Source: an uncultured cyanobacterium
GTDB taxonomy: Bacteria; Cyanobacteriota; Cyanobacteriia; Pseudanabaenales; Pseudanabaenaceae
NCBI GenBank assembly: GCA_963703315.1
Contig: OY969811.1
Span: 1,024,001-1,088,000 of the forward strand
DNA: 64,000 nucleotides
Reading direction: 5' to 3'
The position numbers were made by a program, and so were the translations under genes. This document shows positions 29,079-39,300 of the stretch, one piece after another. A model generated the notes under the pieces. The model made no database searches. It saw only the letters and a program-made list of their open reading frames with translations, and was not told the DNA's origin. Within the stretch, counting starts at the first letter, position 1. The number at the start of each line of letters is the position of its first letter.

Positions 29079-31577
29079 TTAGTGAGGGTTGGTGATTAAA
29101 GGCTCAGTGAGGTCGATTAATTTTTCAAATTGGAAGTTACGTGCCAATTTGATTAGCGATCGCACTAAAAAAGTCTCTGTTTCTGGGATTTCCCCAATTA
29201 AGTTTATAACAATTGTCCTATCTGCTTCAAGAGAAGATATATATAATTGCATAATCCAGCTATCTGGCATAACTTTTAAATTTTCAGAGGTTAGAGATAT
29301 CTCTGGCGAAAAATTTATCGCATTTTCATGGGGCTGAAGGCTTTCGTAGGTATATTTCACCCCAAGATGTTTAGCAAGAGTATCAAAAATCATTTGCTCT
29401 CGAAAAGGTTTGCGAATGAAATCGTCACATCCTGCGGAAATGACGATCGCTTTTTCTTCTTCTAAAACACTGGCAGTAAGGGCAATGACCGCAGTGGCAT
29501 TACCCTTAATCGTGGACTTAATATACTTAGTAGCTTCGTATCCATCCATGACAGGCATTCGCATATCCATCCAGATTAAGTTCGGCTCCCACTGATCCCA
29601 GATCGCGATCGCCTCTTGACCATCGTGAGCTTCTTTAACATCAAAGCCCATCGGACTTAGTAATTTAACTAGTAATTGGCGGTTAGTAGATTTATCATCC
29701 ACGACTAGAATTTTGTAAGTGGGTTGATCAGGGGCAAGCGCCAATGTACGATTTTTTTCAGCATGATCAGGAATTAACTTTATGCCTAATTGAGCCTGAA
29801 TCTGAAATTGGAAAGTTGTACCTTGCCCAAGTTCGCTGGTGACGGAAATATCACCTCCCATCAACTGCACAAAACTGCGACTAATTGCTAGACCTAATCC
29901 TGTACCTTCTTGCTTTTCTCGCCCTGCCTGAGCCTGAGAAAAAGACACAAATAATTGAGATAATTCTTCAGGAGCAATGCCGACACCTGTATCACAAATG
30001 CTGAAATTAAGCACACATTGATTGTCGGTCGTGTTTTCGGATGTTGATGATGTGGTTGGCGATTTTAGAGGATTGGCATTAGATAAACTCACAATAATTG
30101 AACCCTCTTTAGTAAATTTAATCGCATTGCCAATTAAGTTAAGTAAAACTTGACGTAGCTTGACTTGATCGGTGCAGATAAATCTCGGTACATCGCGATC
30201 GCAATCAAACATCAGGTTTAACCCTGCATTAGTAGCACGTAGTTGGAGCATATCTTCCACGTCATCCAACAACTGCATCAGATCAAAAGTCTGAATATTC
30301 AGGGTTGTTTTGCCTGCTTCAATCTTAGATAAATCAAGAATATTATTAATTAGTGTTAATAAATAATCACCACTACGATTAATAATGCTGGCATTTTCAT
30401 AATGTTCGTCAGCTAGATTTTTAGCCCGCATCATTAACTGCGAAAATCCAATCACAGCATTGAGAGGCGATCGCAATTCATGGCTCATATTGGCAATAAA
30501 AGTACTTTTGGCTTGATTAGCTGCCTCTGCCTTAGCCGCTAGTTCTAGAGCTTTCGCTTCACTTTGTTGTAAGTCCATCGTCCGATCGAGAACACGCCTT
30601 TCTAGGTCAGTATTAGCTCTCTGCAAACTCAAATTTGCTTGCTTATTTTCATCAACAATCGCCAAGATCGCCAAGGTCATAATCGAAATCACCCCCATAA
30701 AGATTTGTAATAGCAGCAGCGAATCTCCCGCAGTAATCGCTTTATAAAATATCCCAAACTTATTAGAAGTAGCGATCGAAGCTGTCATCGATATAAACAT
30801 GACAAACAAAGTCGTCAGTCTATGACCAAAGCGAAAAGCTGACCAAATTAATGGCGGTAACAGCAGGTATTCAAGGGGTTGAGCTTCGTAAAAAGAGAAA
30901 TAGGCAATCACAATTATGCTTAGAAAAACGACTACGACTTCCCAACTAAGATAGGATTTGATCTGCTCTTTCTGTTTTGGTTGTAGCCATGTTAGAGCCA
31001 GCGAAGCAAAGATTAACACGCCGACCGAATCACCAATCCACCAAGGAAGTAAGAAGTTTGTAATAAAATTAGCACCTTCATACCTCCTAGTTAGGGCATA
31101 AACACCAACTCCAGTTATAGTTTGGAGGATAGTCCCACTAAATATAGAACAAAGTACAAATGTCACTACATGGCGAACCTTAAGCAATGGATATCTGGTA
31201 TGGGTAAACTTTAAAATCAGAGAAACTGTGATCAATGTGCCGATTGTGGAACCGATCGCCGCTCCTGAGGCGGGTATTACAACTTTCAACCAGTTTCGGT
31301 GTAGATTGAATAGCAATATTCCACAAAACATTCCTAACCATCGCGATCGCCCAAAAAACAGAAGTAAGCCCACATTTAGCCCAGATCCTGGCCAGACAGG
31401 AGAAGGTCCAAAGGTTGAGAAAATAGTGTTAGCTGCAAACCAAGATGATACAAAATAGGCAACTGCAATGCAAGCTGATTCAATCCACCAGCGTAGATTA
31501 TGTACTTCTATCCCTAGCCTTGACAAATTCCACTGAGGGATATTATTTTTTTGAGCAGACGATTTGTTGCTTTCCAT
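29079..31577 (-). CDS. MASE1-domain hybrid sensor histidine kinase
   Basis: MASE1-type TM region (PVWPGSG, WWIGDSVG), NMSHELRSPLN H-box, NLIGNAIKFT, GTGLGL, receiver domain with MDMRMP. Confidence 0.92.
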   Translation of the reverse strand: MESNKSSAQKNNIPQWNLSRLGIEVHNLRWWIESACIAVAYFVSSWFAANTIFSTFGPSPVWPGSGLNVGLLLFFGRSRWLGMFCGILLFNLHRNWLKVVIPASGAAIGSTIGTLITVSLILKFTHTRYPLLKVRHVVTFVLCSIFSGTILQTITGVGVYALTRRYEGANFITNFLLPWWIGDSVGVLIFASLALTWLQPKQKEQIKSYLSWEVVVVFLSIIVIAYFSFYEAQPLEYLLLPPLIWSAFRFGHRLTTLFVMFISMTASIATSNKFGIFYKAITAGDSLLLLQIFMGVISIMTLAILAIVDENKQANLSLQRANTDLERRVLDRTMDLQQSEAKALELAAKAEAANQAKSTFIANMSHELRSPLNAVIGFSQLMMRAKNLADEHYENASIINRSGDYLLTLINNILDLSKIEAGKTTLNIQTFDLMQLLDDVEDMLQLRATNAGLNLMFDCDRDVPRFICTDQVKLRQVLLNLIGNAIKFTKEGSIIVSLSNANPLKSPTTSSTSENTTDNQCVLNFSICDTGVGIAPEELSQLFVSFSQAQAGREKQEGTGLGLAISRSFVQLMGGDISVTSELGQGTTFQFQIQAQLGIKLIPDHAEKNRTLALAPDQPTYKILVVDDKSTNRQLLVKLLSPMGFDVKEAHDGQEAIAIWDQWEPNLIWMDMRMPVMDGYEATKYIKSTIKGNATAVIALTASVLEEEKAIVISAGCDDFIRKPFREQMIFDTLAKHLGVKYTYESLQPHENAINFSPEISLTSENLKVMPDSWIMQLYISSLEADRTIVINLIGEIPETETFLVRSLIKLARNFQFEKLIDLTEPLITNPH

Positions 31578-31722
31578 TGCAGCTATTCCTTTTTAACTAA
31601 AGACAGGTTTTTATACCAATTGACAAAAGTGTGACCACACTTTTGTCAATCAAAAAACAAACCCAGTAAGGCTTTTTAAAAATAAAAATAGCGTAGCCAT
31701 TTTTATTTTTGGTATTAAGTAG

Positions 31723-33660
31723 CTAAATCCGTTCAGCTAGCTCCAGCCAACGCTCGGTAGACTTGTCGATCGCCTCAGTGAGTTCTGCTAAGCGCTTGGA
31801 CAACTTCTGTAACTCTGTATGACCATTGGGTGGGTTGTGATAGAGCATCTTCTCAAGTTGACTTTTTTCTGATTCCAGTTGGGGAATTTTTGCTTCTAGT
31901 TCCTCATACTCACGCTTCTCTTTGTAAGAAAGTTGCGAGGGCTTTTTGGGTTCGGATTTTGGAGATTCTGTCACAGGTGCAGCAGCATTAGACTTCTGCT
32001 CCTTAGCAACCTTATTAGTTTGATTCTTGGCATCACTAGATTCTTTTTCAGCCTCGTCTTTCTTATATTCCAAATAGACAGAATAATTTCCGGGATATAA
32101 GCGGACTTCACCTTCTGGCTCAAAGGAAAAGACCATATCAACGGTGCGATCTAGAAAATAGCGATCGTGGGAAACTACAATTACACAGCCGTTAAATTCT
32201 TCGAGATATTCTTCTAAAACAGCAAGAGTCTGCACATCAAGATCATTAGTCGGTTCATCGAGGATCAAGACATTTGGAGCCGCCATCAAAACTTTGAGCA
32301 GGAATAAGCGCCGCTTTTCACCACCAGATAGTTTATTGATCGGTGCATACTGCGTATTACCGGGGAAGAGAAATCGCTCTAACATTTGCGAAGCGGTAAT
32401 GATGCTGCCATCAGAAGTTTTGACCAGTTCAGCAACATCCTTGAGATAGTCAATTACCCGTTGATTGCCATGCTCAGCAAGATCATCAGAATGTTGATCG
32501 AAGTAGCCAAAATGAATCGTCGTGCCAATTTCGACAGTGCCTTCGTCGGGCTGTAAACGTCCCGTAACAATATTCATCAGCGTGGACTTACCCGCACCGT
32601 TGCTGCCGATAATGCCGATGCGATCTTCAGGCGTGAAGTTATAGGAGAAATCTTTGATCAGGGTGCGATCGCCGTAGGATTTACCAATGCGATCGAGTTC
32701 CACCACTTTTTTGCCAATGCGTCGCCCTGCGGTGGTGATATCGACTTTGGCATTGGCTTGCTTAAATTCAGTGGCTTGCAAAGCGTGGGCGCGATCAATA
32801 CGAGCTTTTTGCTTAGTACTCCGCGCCTTTGGTCCTTTTTTGAGCCATTCCAATTCGCGCCGCAATAGTCCTGCGTGTTTGCGCTGGGTACTGAGGGATG
32901 ACTCTTCCGCCTCAGCTTTTTTCTCTAGATAGTAGGAATAATTGCCTGAATAGGAATACAAATCACCACGATCAATTTCGATAATGCGATTGGTGACGCG
33001 ATCTAGAAAATAGCGATCGTGGGTAATTAGCAATAATGCGCCACGATAGCGATTGAGATAGCTTTGCAACCATTCCACTGAGAGGGCATCAAGATGGTTA
33101 GTCGGCTCATCCATTAACAAAACATCGGGTGATGATAACAAGGCTGAGGCGATCGCAATCCGCTTACGGTAGCCACCTGATAGACTGCCAACTTTGGCTT
33201 CGAGGTCATCAATTCCTAACTTAGTTAAGACAATTTTGGCATTGGTTTCCAAATCCCAAGCCCCCGTCTGATCCATGCGCTCAGATACTCGCGATAACTG
33301 CTCTAGCAATCGATCCATATCGCCATGCCCATGAGTTAACTTATCGGAAATTTCTTCATATTCCTTGACTAGAGACATTTGTTCGCCACTATCGGCAAAT
33401 ACCTGCTCTAAGACCGTATTTTCTTCATTCAGGTCAGGCTGCTGTGGCAAATAGATGATTTTGGCACTGGAATTTACCCACAGTTCACCGCCATCGCTAT
33501 GTTCCAATCCTGCGATCATTTTCAATAAAGTGGATTTTCCCGATCCATTTGTACCGATCAGTCCCACTTTGTCGCCTTCATCAAGGCTAAAACTGGCATC
33601 CTTGAGGATTTCTTTAATGCCAAAATCTTTGCGGAGCGATCGCAATGTAAAAAGTGCCAT
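31723..33660 (-). CDS. ABC-F family ATPase (Uup-like)
   Basis: Two ABC domains (GTNGSGKST, GSNGAGKST; DEPTN twice), PKARSTKQKARI linker, C-terminal coiled coil. Confidence 0.93.
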   Translation of the reverse strand: MALFTLRSLRKDFGIKEILKDASFSLDEGDKVGLIGTNGSGKSTLLKMIAGLEHSDGGELWVNSSAKIIYLPQQPDLNEENTVLEQVFADSGEQMSLVKEYEEISDKLTHGHGDMDRLLEQLSRVSERMDQTGAWDLETNAKIVLTKLGIDDLEAKVGSLSGGYRKRIAIASALLSSPDVLLMDEPTNHLDALSVEWLQSYLNRYRGALLLITHDRYFLDRVTNRIIEIDRGDLYSYSGNYSYYLEKKAEAEESSLSTQRKHAGLLRRELEWLKKGPKARSTKQKARIDRAHALQATEFKQANAKVDITTAGRRIGKKVVELDRIGKSYGDRTLIKDFSYNFTPEDRIGIIGSNGAGKSTLMNIVTGRLQPDEGTVEIGTTIHFGYFDQHSDDLAEHGNQRVIDYLKDVAELVKTSDGSIITASQMLERFLFPGNTQYAPINKLSGGEKRRLFLLKVLMAAPNVLILDEPTNDLDVQTLAVLEEYLEEFNGCVIVVSHDRYFLDRTVDMVFSFEPEGEVRLYPGNYSVYLEYKKDEAEKESSDAKNQTNKVAKEQKSNAAAPVTESPKSEPKKPSQLSYKEKREYEELEAKIPQLESEKSQLEKMLYHNPPNGHTELQKLSKRLAELTEAIDKSTERWLELAERI

Positions 33661-33878
33661 GCAGTGCCACTGAACCTATGTAAATCTATATCATTTCTAT
33701 GATTTCTAGTTTAATCGCGATCGAACTAATTATGAGGGTTTTTCCTCAGGCAATGGTTTTTCAAATTTTGTCCTACCTTGCCATAGCTCTCACCATTTCA
33801 TCCTTAAATCGGCGAAAATACCAGAGTATATCAATTTACTGAAGATTGGTATGAGTGTAACTCAGGTAGCTTGGCGAT

Positions 33879-34316
33879 TTAGTCCATTTTCTTTTTAGCT
33901 GCTGTTGATGGATATCGGTTATTTTCGATGAGTATTTGGCGCTCTAAAATACGATCTGCATCATTAAAATCAAGAATTCTTGCGGTAACTTCGCCGATGT
34001 CTGTAGTTGGTTGAATTATCGCTCCATCTAGTTGAAAATGTTCTCTCCATGAGTCTCGGCGAGGGTTGAAGAATCTGACTAGTTCTCCGTTTCGCCAATT
34101 AATTGAGCCTAGATCTGTGCCTTTTTGCAGGTTACAGAATAGGCAAGCATAGCAAAGATTTTCGGCTGTCGAGTCACCGCCATGTTTTACACTAATGATG
34201 TGGTCAACTTGGCAAGATGGCGTATTTTCTTCTGCAATCAGGCAATACTCACATGAATAATCTGCACGTTGTGCAACTAAGCGCCGCAACTCAGCCCTAA
34301 TGTAAGATCGAGGCAT
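33879..34316 (-). CDS. HNH endonuclease (putative toxin)
   Basis: CEYC...VDHIISVKHGG...NLCYACLFCNLQKG; FNPRRDSW. Confidence 0.88.
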   Translation of the reverse strand: MPRSYIRAELRRLVAQRADYSCEYCLIAEENTPSCQVDHIISVKHGGDSTAENLCYACLFCNLQKGTDLGSINWRNGELVRFFNPRRDSWREHFQLDGAIIQPTTDIGEVTARILDFNDADRILERQILIENNRYPSTAAKKKMD

Positions 34317-34578
34317 TTTCTTTAATTCCAGTGTCGATATATTTGTAGGCTTTAGCTTTAGCGAGTCTGAGGATATGTTCTAATACTAAATATTTCTCTA
34401 ATTCTCTTTTATCTTCTTTTGTAAGTTCATTGTTTTTAGCACCGTGAACTAAATCCTCTAGGCGCTCTTGTGCGGCTTCAGAAAGATGGAAGTCGATTAC
34501 GCTCTGGGGAGTTGTGCCAGATGCAATGAAGTCAACAATTTCATCGTAAACTTTGATGGTTTTAGTGGCTGTGTTCAT
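34297..34578 (-). CDS. Small helical protein coupled to the HNH gene (putative antitoxin)
   Basis: YDEIVDFIA...AQERLEDL...LEHILRLAKAKA; 20-nt overlap with the HNH gene. Confidence 0.65.
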   Translation of the reverse strand: MNTATKTIKVYDEIVDFIASGTTPQSVIDFHLSEAAQERLEDLVHGAKNNELTKEDKRELEKYLVLEHILRLAKAKAYKYIDTGIKENASILH

Positions 34579-34652
34579 AGCTAGGTTCTGATTATGATCC
34601 TTGTGGCGATCTGATTATATCATCAGAGCTTTTGGTAATCATTTGCTGTAAT

Positions 34653-34868
34653 TCATGCGTACATCAACCGTCCTTTGGGTGTGGGGATGATTCTTCCTAA
34701 CATTTTTGCTGTTTCTATCCATTCTTGAATAATGATCTCGGCGTTGGCTACGGCTTCAGCATAGCTTTGTCCATCTGCCATGCAACCTGCAAGTTCAGGA
34801 ATTTCAACGATGAACGCATCATCTGATTCACTCCAATAAACAATTAGTTCGTATTTAATTGGTGTCAT
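34653..34868 (-). CDS. HicB-family antitoxin (no adjacent HicA)
   Basis: YWSESDDAFIVEIPELAGCMADGQSYAEAVAN...WIETAK...IPTPKG. Confidence 0.9.
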   Translation of the reverse strand: MTPIKYELIVYWSESDDAFIVEIPELAGCMADGQSYAEAVANAEIIIQEWIETAKMLGRIIPTPKGRLMYA

Positions 34869-35268
34869 TTTCTTTCTGTGGTTCTTGGCTTATTATTTGT
34901 TGAATTTCTTGGCAAATTTTTTCTAGCAAAGGAGCATCTGAAGCAACTACATTATCTTCAATGCGATCGTGTTTGTGATGGGGAAATGTTGATAGATTTA
35001 GCTTTTGATGGTGAGGAGCATTGTCATAGCGAAAAATTAGATCTCCTTCTTTACTCATGTATTGATAGGTATACTTGCCTCTATCAATGGATATTTCTAC
35101 ATCAACAAATTCTCGGATATGCAGTAATGAGCCATCATTAAAATAGATATTGCCTCTAATGAAGCCGAGTGTATCTGTACGGGTTTCTGTCTCAAGTTCA
35201 AATCTTTGAGTAATTGCAAGATTGGAAAGTACATTTCTGATTTCTGCAAAATAATTATCAATCAACAA
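34855..35268 (-). CDS. DUF6516-like putative toxin
   Basis: FNDGSLLHIRE, YTYQY, FRYDNAPHH...TFPHHKH. Confidence 0.8.
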   Translation of the reverse strand: MLIDNYFAEIRNVLSNLAITQRFELETETRTDTLGFIRGNIYFNDGSLLHIREFVDVEISIDRGKYTYQYMSKEGDLIFRYDNAPHHQKLNLSTFPHHKHDRIEDNVVASDAPLLEKICQEIQQIISQEPQKENDTN

Positions 35269-35548
35269 ATTCGATCTCCTTGATGATTGCTTGTTTTTGC
35301 TGTAATTTCTCTAACATCCAAGCTTCGCCTAGCCATTCATCAAAATCTAGGCTATGTTGTAATTGATCGTTGGTGAAAAGGTTAATAAAATTTTCGGTTG
35401 ACCAATGATATTGGGTTTCAAACTGGGTTAGTTTTTGGTGTGTGGTTTGTATTGCTGCTTCAATGCTTTGCAACCTTTTAGCAAGGTCACTTTCGATCAT
35501 TTCTTTGATAGATTCTGGATGACTAGATCTTAATTTCAGTACATTCAT
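35258..35548 (-). CDS. Putative antitoxin partner of the DUF6516-like gene (probable start MNVLK at 35548)
   Basis: LTQFETQYHWSTENF...DFDEW motif; overlaps the toxin start. Confidence 0.65.
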   Translation of the reverse strand: MNVLKLRSSHPESIKEMIESDLAKRLQSIEAAIQTTHQKLTQFETQYHWSTENFINLFTNDQLQHSLDFDEWLGEAWMLEKLQQKQAIIKEIEFVD

Positions 35549-35646
35549 ATTTTTTAGCCTAATCCTATGTCCTAAAATAGCATCAACCAACAAAACTCAA
35601 AAAATTTACATTTTCCTTTTACCCTTTTCCTTTTTCCTTGATCGCC

Positions 35647-35868
35647 CTAGGCAGCAACTAATTGTCTTTCTTGGATAGGGTGATGGTATAAAACCATTAA
35701 CTGTCTTTCTGTTAGGGTTTCGATCGCATAGGCTCTTCCATTGAGGTCGCTAAATTCGACTTCAAAGACTTTAGGTTCGTAAACTTCTACAATTGTGCCA
35801 ACTTGTCCTCGATATAAATGGCAATTGGGGACATCTTCTAAGAGTGCGACTACATCCAATAATTTCAT
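35647..35868 (-). CDS. DUF4926-domain protein (probable start MKLLDVV at 35868)
   Basis: LLDVVALLED...RGQVGTIVEVY...FEVEFSD..GRAYA. Confidence 0.85.
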   Translation of the reverse strand: MKLLDVVALLEDVPNCHLYRGQVGTIVEVYEPKVFEVEFSDLNGRAYAIETLTERQLMVLYHHPIQERQLVAA

Positions 35869-35887
35869 AATAGAATCTTTTTTTCTG

Positions 35888-36142
35888 TTAGTAGGCATCT
35901 TTACGATGACTGACACTTAGCAATAATACAATTAGCTCTCTGTCTTTAATTTCGTAGATAATGCGATAGTCTCCAACTCTGACACGATAGGTATTGTCGT
36001 AGCCTTTAAGCTTTTTAACTCCGTTCGGACGCGGATCGTCGGCTAGAGAGCGCAATGTCACAATCAAGCGATCGCGTTCAATTTTTGAGATGTTATCTAG
36101 CTGCTTTTGGGCTGGTTTAGGGATAACGATCTGATAGCTCAT
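35888..36142 (-). CDS. RelE/ParE-family toxin
   Basis: AQKQL...DPRPNGVKKLKG...YRVRVGDYRIIYEI...HRKDAY. Confidence 0.92.
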   Translation of the reverse strand: MSYQIVIPKPAQKQLDNISKIERDRLIVTLRSLADDPRPNGVKKLKGYDNTYRVRVGDYRIIYEIKDRELIVLLLSVSHRKDAY

Positions 36143-36348
36143 GCTTGATTTGCCTCGTATTGATCGAGGGTTAGATAATCACCTGAGAGATAGGCTGTTT
36201 GGGAAGAGAGAATATTTTCTTTTTCTTCTGAGGTTATTTCCTCTTCTACATAGCGAGATTTGAGAAACAATACAAAGTCAAGGGTTTCTGCTAATAGGGA
36301 TTCAGAAATATTTTCGACTTCTTGAATTAACTTTTCTTTGATAGTCAT
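36139..36348 (-). CDS. Putative antitoxin (DUF2281-like)
   Basis: KEKLIQEVE...LAETLDFVLFLK; ATGA overlap with the RelE gene. Confidence 0.7.
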   Translation of the reverse strand: MTIKEKLIQEVENISESLLAETLDFVLFLKSRYVEEEITSEEKENILSSQTAYLSGDYLTLDQYEANQA

Positions 36349-36378
36349 TGTTTTTTGCGATCGGTTTGTCTTTTTATT

Positions 36379-39300
36379 TTACATTGCCTCACGGATCGGC
36401 TGAAGCCAACTGATCGCATTTTGAGTTGTCGGATGCTCTGTGCCAAGTTTTTGTTCGTAAATTTGGATGGCGCGTTGGATGGATTGTAGGGCTTGGGGAT
36501 GACGTTGGGTATTGTGATAGAGGACGGCTAAGTTGAGTAGACTGGTGGCGACAGAGGGATGGTCTGCTCCTAGTTGTCGTTCATTGATTTCGAGCGATCG
36601 CAGATAGAGAGGTTCGGCTTCGCTGTACTTCCCTTGCGATTCGTAAAGTGATGCGAGATTGTTGAGACTGGTGGCGACAGAGGGATGGTCTGCTCCTAGT
36701 TGGCGTTCCCTGATCGAGAGCGATCGCAGATAGAGAGGTTCGGCTTCGCTGTACTTTCCTTGCGATTCGTAAAGATTTGCGAGATTGTTGAGACTGGAAG
36801 CGAGATCGGGATGGTCTGCTCCTAGTTTTTGTTCTCCGATTTCGAGTGATCGCACATAGAGTGGTTCACTTTCGCTGTACTTCCCTTGTACTTGGTAAAG
36901 TAATGCTAGATTGTTGAGACCAGCGGCAACAGAGGGATGGTCTGCTCCTAGTTGGCATTCCCATATCGAGAGCGATCGCACATACAGTGGTTCAGCTTCG
37001 CTGTACTTCCCTTGTACTCGGTAAAGTGATGCCAGATTGTTGAGAGTTTGGGCGACATCGGGATGGTCTGCTCCTAATTTTCGTTCCCCGATTTCGAGTG
37101 ATTGCAGATAGAGGGGTTTGGCTTCGCTGTATTTCCCTTGCGATTCGTAAAGATTTGCGAGATTGTTGAGACTGATGGCAACATCGGGATGGTCTGCTCC
37201 TAGTTGCCGTTCCCTAATCGAGAGCGATCGCACATAGAGTGGTTCGGCTTCGCTGTATTTCCCTTGCGATTCGTAAAATAATGCAAGATTGTTGAGACTG
37301 CTGGCAACAGAGGGATGTTCCGATCCTAGTTGGCGATCGTTGATCGAGAGCGATCGCACTAAAAGTGGCTCGGCTTCACTGTACCTCCCTTGCGCTCGAT
37401 AAAGTTGTGCAAGATTGTTTAGACTGTTGGCGAAATCGGGATTGTCTTCTCCTAGTTGGCGCTCGTTGATCGAGAGTGATCGCAGATAGAGAGGTTCGGC
37501 TTCGCTGTACTTCCCTTGCGCTTGATAAAGTTCTGCAAGATTGTTTAGACTGTTGGCGACATCGGGATTGTCTTCTCCCAGTTGGCGTTCCCTGATTTCG
37601 AGCGATCGCAGATAGAGAGGTTCAGCTTCGCTGTAATTCCCTTGCGCTCGATAAAGTTGTGCAAGACCGTTGATACTGTTGGCGACATCGGGATTGTCTT
37701 CTCCTAGTTGGCGTTCCCTGATTTCGAGCGATCGCAGATGGAGAGGTTCGGCTTCGCTGTATTTCCCTTGCGATTGGTAGACCACAGCTAAACTATTCAC
37801 GCTATTTGCGACATCAATATGGTTTTTACCAAGTCGCTCCTCTTTAATGGCGATCGCTCGAAGAAATATTTGTTCTGCTTCAACATACATTCCTTGTAGT
37901 CGATATAGTCTTGCTAATGAATGTAAATAATCTGACAGGGTGAGAGAACTACCTTTAGTCGTAGCAATCTTAACGGCTTCTTTGGCAGTGATAATTCCAT
38001 CTTGATATTTATTCAATTTATCAAAAACTTGAGAGATTGTATGGAGATAACCCGCCAAAATCATACTGTTCTCAGGCAAAGCCACCCGCGCTTGCTCGAT
38101 CGCCCTCTGATAACCCTTAATCGCCTCACCAAAATAATTTTGAGCAGCCCCAGATTCACCCTTAGCCAAAGCCGCCTTAGCCCGATCATGGGTACTTTGC
38201 GCTTGACGATAGGTTGCCTCAAAAATTGGTGCTTGGTTTAACCGAAAACTACCACCAATGAGATTATTTTTTTGCAGTTTATAGGCACTGACTAAAGCAG
38301 GATTTGTAACGGATTTGAGCCGATCTTCCACAAATTTTTGAGCCGATGCAAAATGTGGGCGGAAGGGTTGCCATGCTGTCACCAGATCCCAAGCCGCAAA
38401 CGCAGGAATCTCATTAGCGCGATCGCTCAGTCCCCGTAACCATGCATCTTGCCAACCCTCGCGATCAAATCCATCCCATTGCATAGCAAAAAACTCATGA
38501 ATTAACCGATGCAAGCGATAGGTTTTACCCTCATCCACACTTTGAATCAGAGTCCTTGTCCGCAAATCAATTTCGGCTTTAGTCAGATTCCGAATTGGCA
38601 CAAAAGCTGGTTGATTCGGCTCCGCAGGTTTCCCTAAAAATGGTAATAGCCCCCTCACCAACTGCCCCAACGAATCCCAAAACCTTTGCCACCAACTTTT
38701 GCGAACAATCGGCGCTGCTGACGGTTGCGGATAGGAACGCACCACCGCCTCCACCAACTCCCAAGGCAAATTGATCGGTTCAAACAAACTCAAAACCCGC
38801 CCTAATTGCTGTGCATCAGGTGACAACTGTTGCCAACTCACCGTAATTACCGCCTTCAAACCCTGCTTAATGTTTTTACTAGCATCAATATTTTCAGGAG
38901 CTTCGGCAATTGGTTCCAATACTTCACTTGCCAGCCCTTCTTGTTCCAATTTAGCGATCGCCTTCGGCAAAGTATCTTGGGTAATCTTCAACCAATTCCC
39001 CACCAAAGTCAGCGCTAAGGGCAAACATCCCAAGCGATCGCAAAGACTTCTGGCAAGCTCAGGATGATCAAGCACCGTTTGCTGATTTGGTTCCGCCCAT
39101 TTTGTCAATACCTGCACCGCCGCTTCAGTCTCCAATTCCTGAATTTCATGCACTGCCAAATTACCGCGCAACTGCGATCGCGAAGTCAGCACAAACCGAA
39201 ACGGACAGCGATCGCCTGAAATCTTTGGTAAATAGGGCGCAACTTGCTCATGATAATTCGTCACATCATCAATAACGATCAGCGCCAATCGCTCCGCACC

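Noticed and set aside
33879..36348. Integron-like cassette array
   Set aside because: The genes are co-oriented and small, but I found no repeated attC-like intergenic site and no integrase.
36530..37800. 126-bp repeats as a CRISPR array
   Set aside because: They are contiguous in-frame coding repeats with no unique spacers.
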